Below, in pieces: positions 50,401 to 63,800 of a stretch of 64,000 nt of DNA. This DNA comes from Bilabrum cf. latius. Lineage: Eukaryota. A program made the position numbers and the translations under genes. Each line of letters starts with the position of its first letter. The stretch's first letter is position 1. The stretch lies in contig OZ237742.1 of assembly GCA_965178125.1 (NCBI GenBank), forward strand, positions 496,001 through 560,000. Reading direction: 5' to 3'. A model generated the notes under the pieces. The model was not told the origin of the DNA. It ran no database searches and worked only from the letters and a program-made list of their open reading frames with translations.

Positions 50401-53400
50401 AACCAAACGCAAGAAGGGGCTCTAGCTCCTTGTGAAGACGACCAAGCGCCGCCATATCAGCCGAGCGATCCCTAAGCAGACCGACTTGCATCGACATTGC
50501 AGCCGGAACCGAAATTCTGGGACCTCGTCGAAGGAGCGCCGGTTGAGACTATTCTACAGCCGGCACACCCTCATCGTCAGAATCCGACTGCTGCTCATCG
50601 CTAGCTCCTTCGCCTGCTTCAGCCGATGCCTCGCCTCCCTCCTTCAAGTGCTCTGCCATTTCCTGCTTGGCGACGGGGTCAGCAAACACAGACAGGACCT
50701 TGATCGAGCGCATGTTCGTCGTGCAAACGAATGTCGGATAGAGAAGCGCGTCTGAGAAGGCGGGTGGCAGCCTGGATAGAATGTACTGGCAGATCATCTG
50801 CGGCTACTTCTGCTTCGCGTTGAGATTCTCGTAGTACATGGTACCACCTGACTTGCTTCCCATGTACGTAACGCGAACAATGTCGCCAGTGCGAGCCTTC
50901 AACCGAGGCGGTCCCTTGGTCGCTTTTGCAACTCCGCCAGTGTATCCGTAGTTGTTGCTGGCCCTGTACATGAACAAACCCTTGGTGGAGAACATGGAGC
51001 TGCTAGGCTTCACTTCGATGTGCTCCTTAGCCTTAAGACCGAAGCCGTAGCACCACCCAATAGCAGTCGATTTGTCTTCGACGACCTTGACAACGACCTG
51101 AATGACACCCTTGCGGGTACCAGCGGACAGCTGAGCGAGGCAGCCCTTCCTGTTCACGGACATCAGGGTTGACGCGTCCCTGTCGATCGACATTTCGCCG
51201 ACAGGGTCTCCAATGCTGTGCTTGACGCGGTACAAAGCCCCAAATACATCGGTGCGCCCTGGGGCCTTCGTGGCTTCTTCCTCTGACGGACCAGAGGACA
51301 TACCACCAGCAGCTGGGCTTGCCTTGTCTCGGCCTCTCTTCCGTTTGCCCGCCTGCTCTTTTGCAATCGAAAACTTCACGGCCGCAGCTGCAGCCGCATC
51401 GTCGCCCTCTGCCAGCATCAGCTCGTCCTGTTCCATCATCACGCGGATCTCGTCGCCAGGCTTCTAGACGTACAAGAGATCGCTTGGATTTACAATATCA
51501 TCGAACCGATCCACTCCGCTGATAGCGGCAGCCGCAGCAATGAGATCACCATAGGCACCAGCACTGGGCACCACACTGCTCTTGTCAGTCTGGCCTGACT
51601 GCAGCCGCATGGCCATTGCAGCTGCATCGAGCGGCGCTGATACTACCGCGGGAAGACCGACACCACACGCAGAGACCAGGCACGTGCCGAGAGCCATAGA
51701 GGTACCTTCCAACAGCCGCTGGACTGGCTGCAGCTCGGCCGGATAGCTGCTGTGACCGTTCGCCACTACCCTGACGCCAAATCGACTGAGGGCGGGGTTG
51801 TTCACGTAGTCGGTGACGGTCGACAGCGTGATTAGCACAGTGCGCCCGGGCACGAGAATCTTGTCTGCCGGCCAGCCCTTTCCCCCAGCAGGCCCGCTGT
51901 AGTCTGCCCCGTGCACGGCATGCTTGCTCGCAAAGTCAGAGTAGACCCTAACGACGTCCTCTACTTGTGCAGTGGCACAGCGGGGATCGAACTCCAGAGT
52001 GACAAACTGGGTGCCTTCTGGGAAGGCGAGCTCCCAGCGGTAGTTCTGACAGACCTTGTACGGCGATGGCGACTCGACCACGATGCTCGGAGCAGCGCCA
52101 GGCGCAGTCACCTCATCCAGGTGCGGAAGCATGGCTCTTGGGTCTAGGTCTCGAGAGGCTGCCTTCGACTCCAGCGCCGCAGCAGTGCGCAAAGGCAGCT
52201 GGGTGCGCGCATCGTCGCATGCTTGGACAATGCTCCGCAGGCGACCCAGCATAGGGCGACTAAGCCCCGCAAACGAGGACACCAGGTCTGCAGCAATGCT
52301 AGCGCTACGAGGACCGACGACGTTTATCAGTGCATTCTGTCGCGCCGCGCTGGCGGCAAGGATTGGGTTCCTGGGCGCGTACAGCACCAGCTGGTTCACT
52401 TCATCCTCCGTCGCTGCGAGCACCTGGCCGACGACGTAAGCCAGTCTCCCGAGAGTGTTGGCTCTCCGGTGCACCCAGGCAACATACGCCTGAGTGACGG
52501 CTTCACGGGCAGCCTGAATCGGTCCGGCACTGTCATCAGCCGTATGTGGCACGTCAGCCAATGTGTCAGAGTCGAGGGTGCTCGCGAATGCAAGCGCACC
52601 GGCGGACGGTCCTTGCTTCTTGCTCTTCGACTTTCGGAGGCTGACGACATTCTCATCTGGGTTGAGGGTCTCGATCTACATGTCTTCGGCTTCGTCTAGG
52701 ACATGCTCACTGGGGGGCACGTGGTAGTAAATACGAGGTATTTGCCCACCGCTTGTGCTGGTTCCGTTCGTCCCACCGCTGGCTGCTGAGAACACGAACT
52801 GAATCTCATCGTCTAGCATCTTGGGTTTTGGTTTCCCACCGCTCAAAGACTACGTAGACTGGTTGTCGTGGGCCATCTGTACGAGCACATAGTCTTTATT
52901 CTTCTTGATGCGAGCAGGTTTCTTGAAGAAACATGCAAGTTTCTTGGCTTCCGATGCTACCATTTGGTCTCCAGCGCACTACCCGGATTCCGCAAGCGCC
53001 TTGGACTTGTCTGCCCTTGAATTCTTGCCATCCAAGATGTATACCGTGCGCTTGAACTGCTTGTTGGTCTGCGGAATGCAGCCAACTCCTACAATCAGTA
53101 TCTCGTCTGGACCAGAAGTGTACTTGAAGGCAATAGCATCCTTGGACCCATTGCTGTATCCCCACCCACTTCCGAAGGTCACACCTCGTTGCACCGCTCG
53201 CAATGGACCAAACATGCGAAGCAAGTCCTTCGGATAGTGCGGGCACGCCACAATCGAGGTTGTAGTAGAGTGCACAGCAAAGCCGTGCTGCTTCCCGGGC
53301 GGCTTCTCCGCCCACTTGCCTAGAAATCCTGCGGGCACCTCGGGGGCGTCTTCCCCGTACCCGCTCGGGCCAAGACCTGCGACAGAGGCCAACCTTGCAC

Positions 53401-56400
53401 CTGCCGCTGATGAATCGAAGGCGTTCACGAGCGGGCCCAGCAGACGAACCAGCTTGTCGTCTTCCGTCGGTTGGTCTCCTTTTGACGCGTCACCCTGCTT
53501 CTGCGTGTCACTGCGCTCCATCTCGGCCAGGAACTTAGACACGTCAGGCAGCTTGGGTTGCACCATTCTTGCTTCGAGCTCTACTTGGAGCTGCCCCTGC
53601 AGCGATACCAACAGGTCCGACAAGGCACTCCTTAGGCTCTTGCCTCTAGAGTCCAAGCATTCCATCAAACCAAGGGCCGCCTCAACGCTTGAGGCGCTAG
53701 TTGAGGCCGCATACTCCCGCTCGATGGATCCGAGGTGCTTCAGCAGCGCGACGAACGGTGCAGTGCCGACCCGGCGGAGGTCCTCGGTGTCCATCTAGTC
53801 GATGGCCGCAGATGCAGCGCTGGTGCTCGCTGCCTCATCAGTTGCCGCAACTTGCTCTCGCAGCATCTTGAGCTCTTCCTCCACCTCGCTAAACAGGCTC
53901 GTTGGGAAAGCGATGGGGTCAGTCAACGCAGTCAACGCCTTGCGCTGCCCCACCGCTGCAGATTCGTCACCGCCATCAGGCAAGGGCACGTCAGCGCCGG
54001 CTCCGCTGGCGGCAGGCACCACGTCAATATCTTCGCTCTGCTTCGACTCGGCAGCACCGCCTGCATCCACGTCTTCCAGCATGCCAAGACCGGCTTGCAG
54101 CTCAGACGCACCGGCCAGGCCCAGATGATCGTCCAGCGCATCCGCTGGCAGGGCATCTCGAGAGATATCCGGAAACATGCCAGCAAAATCTGCCTGTGGG
54201 GCGAGGTACCCGGCAAACATCGGGACGAGATTCTTGCTCGAGCTCACGCTCTGCAGCAGTGCTGTCAGGAGGGACACCTCCTGTGCTGCAGGATCAAACT
54301 AGTGCTGCTCGCACTGCTGTAGCACTGCAGCAGTGAGCTCGTGCACTTTCCGCAGTTGCGTCGCAGGCGACGGCAGCAGCAGCGGCATCAGCACCCGCGA
54401 GCACAGCCCGGCTTCCTCCGCTACGCGACCACTTCCAATGGACATTGCTCTGCGCAGAGACGTATCGAGAGTCCACAAAAGCATCGCTACCTAGTCCGGT
54501 GGCGCGAGGCACCATGGCGGCAGCTTTGCAGGCTCGTCATCCTCAGCTGCGGCTCCTGTCTTCTTGGAAGAAGCCTCCTTCTCGAGATTAACCGCGAACT
54601 GATCGTCATCTCTGTCAAGTGCATCTGAGGCAGGTGCTGACAAGGGCAACAACATGCGGCACAGACGCAAAGCAGAGAGCAGGAGGCCTTCCTCCGCCTT
54701 GAAGTCGGCAGGAGCAACTCCACCGCGCTGCAAGCGTTCAACACCACCTTGTACAACTGCCAGAAGGTCTTGAGCACCGCTTAAATCGATGCCAGGCTTC
54801 ACCAGGTCCAGGACTCTCGATCGAGCGGCACCAATGGTCGAGAAGTCAGCCATAGATTTGCCGTCTGCGGACAGCGCTGACTCCGACTCAAAGGAAACTC
54901 CAACAGGGCCATTGCCTCCGTACTGCATCGACAAGTACGCTTGTTCAAGATCGGCCATTCGAACAAAATAAAAGGCCGGAAGTCGCCCGCTTGATGTAGA
55001 GGTTCCGTTGCTGCGTGGCTCGCCCGTCTGGCCAAGCGTGAAGTCCACCCCCGCGACGGAGAAATCCTTTCCATTAGAACCCGGGGCAACGCTTCCAGTC
55101 CACCCGTTTGATCCACTGGTGTACTTCGAAGCGAAGTGGTAGTCCTTCCCGCCCACGAGAGGTACTGGGCGCGGGAATTCCACGCGGTTTTCCTGTCGCG
55201 AGCCCTGGTTGTCCAGGCTGACCGGGTGGAACGCGAGCCTATCTTTCTCGCCGCCCGACTGCGCCGAAGGGCCCTCGTGGATCATGATATGGCCATTCAG
55301 CTTGCCACCGCTGCGACAGGAATACAGCGCAAACCCAATAATCGCCACGCTCTCCGATGCCTTTATCTTGTGGCCATCCCAGCCACCCGTCATGCCCCAC
55401 CCGCTGCCACCGCGGGAAGGGTCTGGGAACCGTGCCATCTTGTGCTCTTCAACGCGACTCAGCAGCCGCTACAGTGTAGCATCGTCCAATTCACTCAAGT
55501 CAAAGGCGCCAGACTGTCCTGCACTACCAGTCCCACCGCCCTGTGATGAAGAGCCTGCGCTACTAGGGATCTCGAAGCCTGGATCCAGCTTGAAACGCGC
55601 GGAATCTGAATTTTGTCCATCGCCAAGCCCTCCGTCCAGAAGTGCTGCCTCAACATCGGGCGAAAACACCTTCAAGCGCTTGTTCTCAATCTCCCGCATG
55701 ACTTCTTTTTCGATGATTTCGGTGGCAGCAAGCGTGCAAAGGGACGCCAGACTCTTGGCATCAACCCACCCGTGCTGCTCCCGTTCGTCTGCCAGCCCCC
55801 CTCCGAACCCGCTTGTTGATGCCATCATAGCCGTCTGCAGCGGCGAGCTGCCTGCAACGCTCGCCACAGGCTCAGCGGCATGCCTCAGAATGATGTTCAG
55901 CCCTTCTTGCAGTGCGTCTTCTTGCATCTATCCCGCGGCAGTCCAGCGCCCCGCTGCTGCCGTCTCCTGCTGGGACTCAGCTTGCCTGCATTCCGTTGCC
56001 ACGGATGGCAGCAGATGCATTGCAAGGCCAGCGACCGGATGATCGCCCAGCTTGCCGATGCCAACCACGTACGTCGCTTGGTCTACGGGGTCGGAAGCAA
56101 CTGCCACGTCCGCACTAGATAGGCAAAGTTCGGCACTTGCAGCCTTGCAGACCTCCACCATTTCCTTTGGCATTGAATCAAGCAACTTTGCCACCCTCAT
56201 GGCAGCAGGGCTGAGGGCACCAGCGACATTAAAATCAACCTGTGCCTGGAGCTCAGTTGGTGGCGCGCCCAGCTCCTTGGAAAGAAGCGCAGCAGACCGC
56301 ATTCGTGTGCGGGCCGGTACGATTGGCAGCACCTTCTTAATAGCACGAGTAGCCTCGTCATCTGGCGAACTGCCCGGCGATAGATCCGAGATGGTCAGCA

Positions 56401-59400
56401 TCGCTGAGTTGGCGGACTTGATTGCATCGGCGCTGATCTCCTCGGCACCCTTGGCCTTACAGTAGACTGTACCGACGCGCAAAGGTTCGCCCCTAATCAC
56501 GAGCCGACCACGCCGCAACGCTGCGACTGGGGGCATGAGGGGAGCGGTAAAGCACCCGAGCATGCTGCCGCGGCTTCCAAAGTCCACCAAGGAAAGCACG
56601 GAAACTTTATTGCACTGCTTGTCAAGCTGCTTCAGTGCTTTCTCTGCATCGTACGAGGCCCTTCCTTCAGGGGTGGCGAGGGACTTCAGCCAACCCAAGG
56701 TTGGCAGCGGCACAAAGTTTGGGCATGTGACCAGGTATGGGCCTTGCTTCAGGGATGCATCTGGTGACTCGCGCCTCTTCTTGTCTGCTTCGGTCAGGTT
56801 GATTGCGTCCTGGCCCCAAATCGCAACTCGCCCGCGGGCAGAGCGGACTGCCGCTCGACCGGACTGTGACACGTGAACGTCGACGATGGGTCCTATGCCG
56901 GGCGGCATTGGCACTTCGTGCGGGACACCATTGGCACTGGGTCCACTGAGCACCTCGGATGACCGTGAGCCCGTGATCTTTGCCACGATCGGAACGGTGA
57001 CTTCAGAGTCATTCATCGGTGACACAAGGCTGTGCTTGGCATCTCCGAACGCAAACACTCGCCCATCCTGACACCCTGCGATCGTGACGGTGTCACCGCA
57101 CCCAACGGACGTGACGCGGAATCCTTTGTCCCACAAGCACCGGTTCACAGTCACATCTGCAACGTCCTCGTTGCACTTTGATGAAGGCACACCGCAGCGA
57201 CCTCCTTCGTTGAAGCCGCACGTTATCAGGTGACCCGCGTTGGTGACAAAGGCTGTGTGATTCGCACCGAGAGCAATCTCGACGACTCGGCACTTCCCAT
57301 CGAAGCCATGCGCGCACATCGATTTATCCAACGAGGCGGCATCTATTTCAGCTTGAAGCTCGGCCATAAGCTTGTCTAGCGCAGTGAACCGGACAAAGTT
57401 CGACTTTTTTTGCACTTCAACTTTGCCCTGCTATTCCTCTGCGAAGCCAAGCTCGTTGTAGCCGCCGTCCATGCCAGCACAAAACACCCCGCCGTCCTCA
57501 AGTAAGACAGCTGTCTTTCCTGTCAGCACTGCAGCATCGATGACGGCACCGCCCTTGTCACTGTCAGGTGCTCCGGCTTCGCGCAAAGAAGCCCGCAGCT
57601 GCGTGGGCTTTGTCCCTCCACCGGCTTGCTTCTTCACGCCGAGTGCGTTTGCGTGCTGACTGCCGAGACCGTAAGCCTCTCCGTTGCTTGCGATTACGAT
57701 CGAGTGCGAGGCACCTCTCTTTCCAACAATCTTCACTGGCTTCACCGAAGATTTTCTCGCCACCACAGCAGGGAACAGAAGTGACCTGGGTACCATCAGC
57801 CACGGCAACTGCTTCTTGCCGTAGTCCGTAAGCTCTCCTTCCGCGTCATACATTTTGCTGTGCAGCCCGCGCATCTGCTCCGCGGAAGACTCCATGGCAT
57901 CAGTGTTGGCGCCAGCAAGACTGACATTGCCCGCGAAGAGCTTCTTGCCCGACGTCCAGACATGGCCGTCGTTTGTAATGCCCAAAATACCGCCATGAGT
58001 GTTGGTTGCTTGGACCAAAATAGGCGGCTCATTCGTGCCTAGCACCCGTCCAACTTCCTCCTCGCTGAAACCACCTCTTGTTTCAATCAGTGCCGTCAGG
58101 TCCTTGTTTGCACCCTTCCCCTTTCCACTCTTAGAAAAGTGCGACTGAATCGCAGTGCACGTCGCCACGCTCGGTACCACGCCAAGCGTAATGTGGCACT
58201 GCTATTTGGAAATATGAAACGGCCACGACAGGGTCGAGTGGATAGCGTAGCTTGCTTCCATTGAAGCAGCTGATGGCTCAGATACGCCCGGTTGGTCGCT
58301 CGGTACAAGCGTGTTGTCGAGTGGAAGACCTGCGACAGCAACCTGTCTGCAGCGGGCTGCATCGCCAGTGAACTCCACGCTAAACTGCCTGGCGACAGTC
58401 GAGTACTGAGTCGCGTCAATAAGCTGCTACACGTGCTATGGGACTGGGGTCCGGTACCCAACTGCAGCTGTTGCCGCCTTGGCAGCAGCAGCTGGGGTGC
58501 GGGCATCCTCCCGTGCTGCGCCACCAGCCGCAGCTCCACCGGCAGCTGCTCCTGCAGCTGTTGCGGTTGCATCGTCAACAGTCTTCTCCATGCCTTCGCA
58601 TCCAACGTACGACTTATGGGGCATATGCAGACTATCGATGCACACGATCTGGCTGCCAGATCCGTCCACATCATTAGGGTCCGACGTGATTGACCTGGCC
58701 ACCCACACCTCGCCAGTGTCCTCACCGGATGCACTGCGTGGTGCGGACGGCATTGCGAGACGGCCGTCGATCTTAAAGCTGCCCGATGACTCGTTGACAG
58801 CGAGCACAGTTGCACTGGCCTCCAGTTTAGCTGCAATTCCGGCTTTGTTCAGGAACTGCTCTTCGTCGCTCTCAGCCAGCGACAGCATCAGTGCGACGGC
58901 GACGGCACGCTCTCGATTCCCACCAGTTGGTACTGCGGACGATCGGGCGGCTGGGGAGGCCCCATCGCTGCTTCCGGCACCCGATGAGGCCTGCGCCTCT
59001 CTTTTGTTAAAAATTGCTAGAGAAAGCATCCAGTCTGATCGCTCAAGAGCCTCTTTAACCGACAAGGAGGCACCGGGCTCCTCGTCGGACTTCTCGGTGG
59101 GTGCAGTCCCGGCAGCAGCCAGACCGAGGTCAAGAATGGACAGGTCAGAGCGAGCCACAACCCGTCCCAGAGACAGCTGACCCCGTGAGGAGCTGCGCCC
59201 CTAGATGGCGAGAATTCGCACCGCTGGCGTCTCCACGGATTGGTCCGTTTCTTTCGACTTGGCCTGGAGGGCCGCAGCTACGTACACCACGCCATCGTAG
59301 GCAGCCACGCTGAGCGCACGGCCTATGGCAGGGACGAACGCATCGCCATCTTGGTAAAGCTGCCCGCATAGGTCCAATCGGTCCGCAAGTGAGGCAAGGG

Positions 59401-60526
59401 AGGGCAGGGGGGCTCCCGACTGGGCTTTCTGCGGGTTTGCTGCGGCGACGAGGCTCGCAGCCGACGCAGGAATAGGCACCTTGAGCCTCTTCTTGGAAGC
59501 AGTCCCACCGCTTGCGGGGCTGGCGTCCTCGAGCTGGTCTTGCGCCGCGTTGAGCTTGGACACACCGGCTAGCAGTCCTGCCACGGTTCCCTTGGCCAGT
59601 CCCATGCCGAGGAGGGCGCCCAGGGCCCTGGCTTTGCCGTCACCCAGCGGTCCCGCGGTGTGGTCTCCGTCAACGCTGGTGAATTTCCGAAGGAGAGCTT
59701 CGACCTGCTCCACAATTTCGGGTGCCTCCGCCCTCATGCCGCCCATTGGCATGTCCCCGAGCGCCGCTGCGAGTACGCGGAGGGGGCCCAGGCACAGCTC
59801 CGGGTGCGTCTCGGCAGCTGCTCGGATGAAGGAGAAGGAGGAGGCCACTGAGAGTGCCATGGTGCGTGGGAGCTATCCCGAGCTCGATGAAAACGAGGCG
59901 TCGTCCTCCTTGCTCTCCTTGCCTTCCTCCAGGGCGCGGCGTGCGGCGTCCTGCACGGCCTTGAGAGAGACCTGCTTGCCCATCGCCTTCATCTGCGATT
60001 CCGCGATTTTGTACGCCTTTGCAAGTCGCAGGTCGCGCTTGAGACGCTCGATCTCTCGATCGATAGTCGCCGAGTTGCTGGACGCAGTAGCCAGCTCGCG
60101 CTCCATTGCGAGGGCGGCAAGTTGAACTCTGCAGAAGTGCACGAATGTGGGTGCATACTCAACGGGGAGAGCTGCGACTAGCCTGCTGCTGCCACTTTCT
60201 TTGATGGATGCCGAGCCTGAACTGACACCATCAGCTCCAAGCAATGCGTCACGAGCAGCTTTGAGCCCCTTCTTAATAGCGAAGCCTTCCGAGTTGGCGG
60301 ATTCCACTGGCAGAACCACCGAGTCGAGGAGCTCAGATGCAGCCTCAATTGACTCTTCTGATACGACCTAACTGGCCAATCCCCGCATTTTCTCGACCAC
60401 TTGAACGAGCTTTTGGTTGGCTTGGGCCTTCTGAAGTTGCTTGGAGACCGCCTCCTCATCCTGGAGCCTTAATAGGAATTTTGCTTCGGCCTTCTTCGAA
60501 TCAAAGTCAGCTTCCCTAGAGCTCAT
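41429..60526 (-). CDS. MYCBP2: Giant PHR-family (MYCBP2/Highwire/RPM-1-like) RING-Cys-relay E3 ubiquitin ligase, ~6365 aa
   Basis: More than 20 ORFs share one frame from ATG 60524-60526 to TGA 41429-41431. RCC1-like repeats (~56800-58100), two PHR domains ending NGTS...G(R/Q)(L/I)P, ESPSPYK..LEFDPRCAT module, DOC-like (DTFWEP), B-box CDQHDDGET, RING CTACYTEAL..CGHNFH, tandem-cysteine domain CPKHGTDF..CCSPAVWFCWGTTHFC. Not every inter-ORF gap was read codon by codon. Confidence 0.9.
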
Positions 60527-60847
60527 CTTGATGTCTGCGATGCAGATTTATGGTGAACAACGTACCAAAAGAATTAGGCAGTGAAGAGCTGGGGCAAGGA
60601 ATCTAGAAGTGCGATCCTTGTTCTCGCGAGCCGGGAATGCAGTCATTAAACAGGAACAAACGTATCAGTCCCAGCTCCAAACCGTACATTTATTTTCACT
60701 TCGTAACAGTCAATCGCGTACACCGATACTTACGCGTTTAACCCAGCGAAACGCACTTCAATAGTGGTGTAGAATGTACAATTCACGATTTAATCTATAA
60801 CATATCGTTACAATGTTGTGGCAGCTTGGACTCGGAATTTGGAGGTT

Positions 60848-63800
60848 TCAGATTTCTTCTTCTTCCGCGCCCGCAGCCGCACCAGACAATCGAGGACCCA
60901 TTCGCATGGTACCGCGACGATCTGGGCCGCTGCCAAACATGGCGCCCCAACCGGACAGTACAGTCTACGAACCAGGGGCAGACGCAAGCCCTTTTTCATC
61001 ATTCCCGTCATCATCGTCATCATCATCCCAGGCCTACCCCCTATCCATAGCTCGCAGCCCAGCACCGGCGGCGGCAGCTGCAGCAGCTGCCGCCGCCGCA
61101 CTGGGACCAGCTGTCGTCTTCACGAAGTCAGCGAGGGCAAGCAACCCGCCTGTCCTCGACGACGTCCCTCCGCCAAGCCCACCACTACCACCCTTGGCCC
61201 CCGATGGGCTGCCCACATCATACACACCCACCTCCGATCCATCATCTCCTGAGGCAGGGTGACCTCCTCGCTTCCGTTTCTTCCCAGCGATCGCCAGCCC
61301 GTGCCCGTGCCCTTGCCCTCGCCGTTGTTGTCCGGTGCTCGATCGAGCGGTGGTGGTGGTGCCCCGTCGCGACCTCGCTTTGCCCATACGAGATGATGAC
61401 GATGACGAGCGAGACTTCGAAGTGCTGCCACCCTCTCCGCTGAGTGCATCATCCTCCTCCTTCTCCTCCTCATCGTCGTCGTCTTTCTGGTCCCCGCGGT
61501 CTCTGCTAGATTCCGCCGCCATGGCCGCACGCATGGCATCCTCCAGCCGCTCCTCCGCCTCAACGAGCTCTTCAGCGTGGCTTGCTGCCGCCTTGCGACC
61601 AGCGATCTGGGCTTTTTGAGCAAGTGCCTGCAGCTCGGCCACGGCCTCGCCGCCGTCCTCCCCCTCTATTGCCCCCTCGCCGCCACCACTGATCGCCTCC
61701 ATCATGCCCTCGGCAGTTGCGAGGCTGTGAAGCGAGAACAGCCTAGATGGCTCGCACCTCAAACCGCTCCGGTACGTGATGAACGGCATGTACCACGGTT
61801 TTTGCCTGAGGAAGAGGGGGTGGGCGGCCACGACCCTGGTCGTTGTCGTGCCGCTGGCGCCTCGGCTGGTCTGTCCGTCTCCAGACGAGTCCTCGCCAGT
61901 GTGCTCCACCAACACGTCAAACTGCACCTGGGAAAGCCTCTGCAAGAACGCGTTCTGTCGCAATCCCTTCTGTCCGAGATCCAGGAAGTGCGAGGAAAAG
62001 AAAATGCCAGGGCATGTGACAACGAATCCGCCGCTTTGGAGGAAATAGGCAATCCCAAGCGACTCCCCGAGGGATACCAAGTCGAACGCGATTCGCACCG
62101 GCTTGCACGCTTCCGGAAACATGCGGTTGTAGATCCTGCTGGCAGCGACGACACACCCGACAGCCACCGGGCGGCTCTCGTTGAACATTCGAGACGTGCC
62201 GGGGGCGTCATCGACGATTGCCCCCGACGTGAAGGCAACCAAGTAGTCGCGTGGCAACGGATCTGTCAGCTCCAGCCCTTCTGCAGCTACCGGGCTAGTC
62301 TGCTCGGAGCCGTTCCCAGCACCACCACGGCCAGCTGTGCTCGAATCTGGCTCGGCACTGCCTGCGCTCACAGCAGCTGCAGAAGACGAGGATGAGGAAG
62401 TGGAAGTCACCGCGAGAGAGCGGCCATGGCCATGGCCTGCTGCTGGCGCACTCTTCGCCACCAGGGGCTGCAAGGCGTAAGGGAGGATGGAGAGGGCCCC
62501 GATCTCGATGTTGCCACCCACAGGCTCCTCCGCACTGTCTCCTGCCCCGCGAGTTCGGGTCCGGGAGTCTGTGCTCCCGATACTGTCCTCGCTGAGACCC
62601 AGGCCGGCGTGGTCGATTGCTAGGTGCTCGATGCCAGCCGTCAGATCTTGATCGGCGGAAACCAGGCCGCTGCCTCTAGACTGAGACGATCTCTCGCTGG
62701 AAGGCTCAAGGGACAGACTGCCCATCGACTTCATTTTCCGCAGCACGCCGAGACGAACACGAACCACCACACGACTGCCGTCCCCGAGCCCGGTCGGCTG
62801 GCCGTTCTCTCCGATCGAGCTTCTGGCCTGCAGAGCGCCAATGGCAGCACTCGCGGCTTTGCGCCTCGCATGACTGCTGCCACTCCCAACAGCAGCGTAG
62901 GCCTGAAAGTCCTCACCTTCATCTTTGCGCCTGTAGGCAAGCACTTTGGCCTCCCAGGTGCTTGGAGGTGTGACCATCAAGATCTGCCTCCAAAGCGTTG
63001 GCCTGGGCGCTATCAGCCGTGCAATTTTCTTTTCAGACAGAGAGTGCCATGGTCCTTCTCTCGTGTCGCTTCCAGATGGGGCTGCGCCGGTTTCAGTCTG
63101 CTGCTCGTCCCCCCGGTCCTCTGCAGCATCGACGATAAGGCTACCAAGCATTCGGTCCATCGCGCCGCTGCCGGGCACGCAGTGCTGAAAGCCAGCGACG
63201 TGATTCCTCATTCTTGCACCGAGTGACTAGGCGTCAGGTGATTGCCACGCATTGCGATTCTGTGAAAGCTAAGCGCGGTTCCACCGCTCCGCCAGTGCGT
63301 GCTCTTCTGTTCCCCGGTGCAGGCCAAAGGCAGCCCGCAGGTCCTCAAGCAGCGATCCGATGCGGTGCAGCTGCAGCTGCTAGAAGGGCCACCAGCCGTC
63401 CTTTTCCCGCTGGAAAGAATCGATCGAGTCGTCCTGGCGTCTTGTCTCCAGGAGGCCGTGCAGCGTCGATGTCTTGACATGGTGCCCCCGACGAGCCCGC
63501 CCGGCACCACGCCGAACTGACCGCCTACCGTCACCGCCTTCGTCAACTGAGTCACTGTCGGAGTCACTGTGCTCGCTTGTATCGTCCTATTCATCATCAT
63601 CTTCATCCTCGTCCTCATCCTCGTCCTCGTCCTCATCAACCCCCCGCATGGCAGGCTGGCCACGAGATCCCCGCCCACTCCCCCGCCCTCGCCCTCGCTC
63701 TCTCTCTCGTCTGGTGGACCCAGTCGTCTCCTAGCCCCGGCGAGAGCCGCGGTGCCTTCGACGGTTGGACGCCGTGCGAGGTTTTGGGTGGGGCGAGCTC

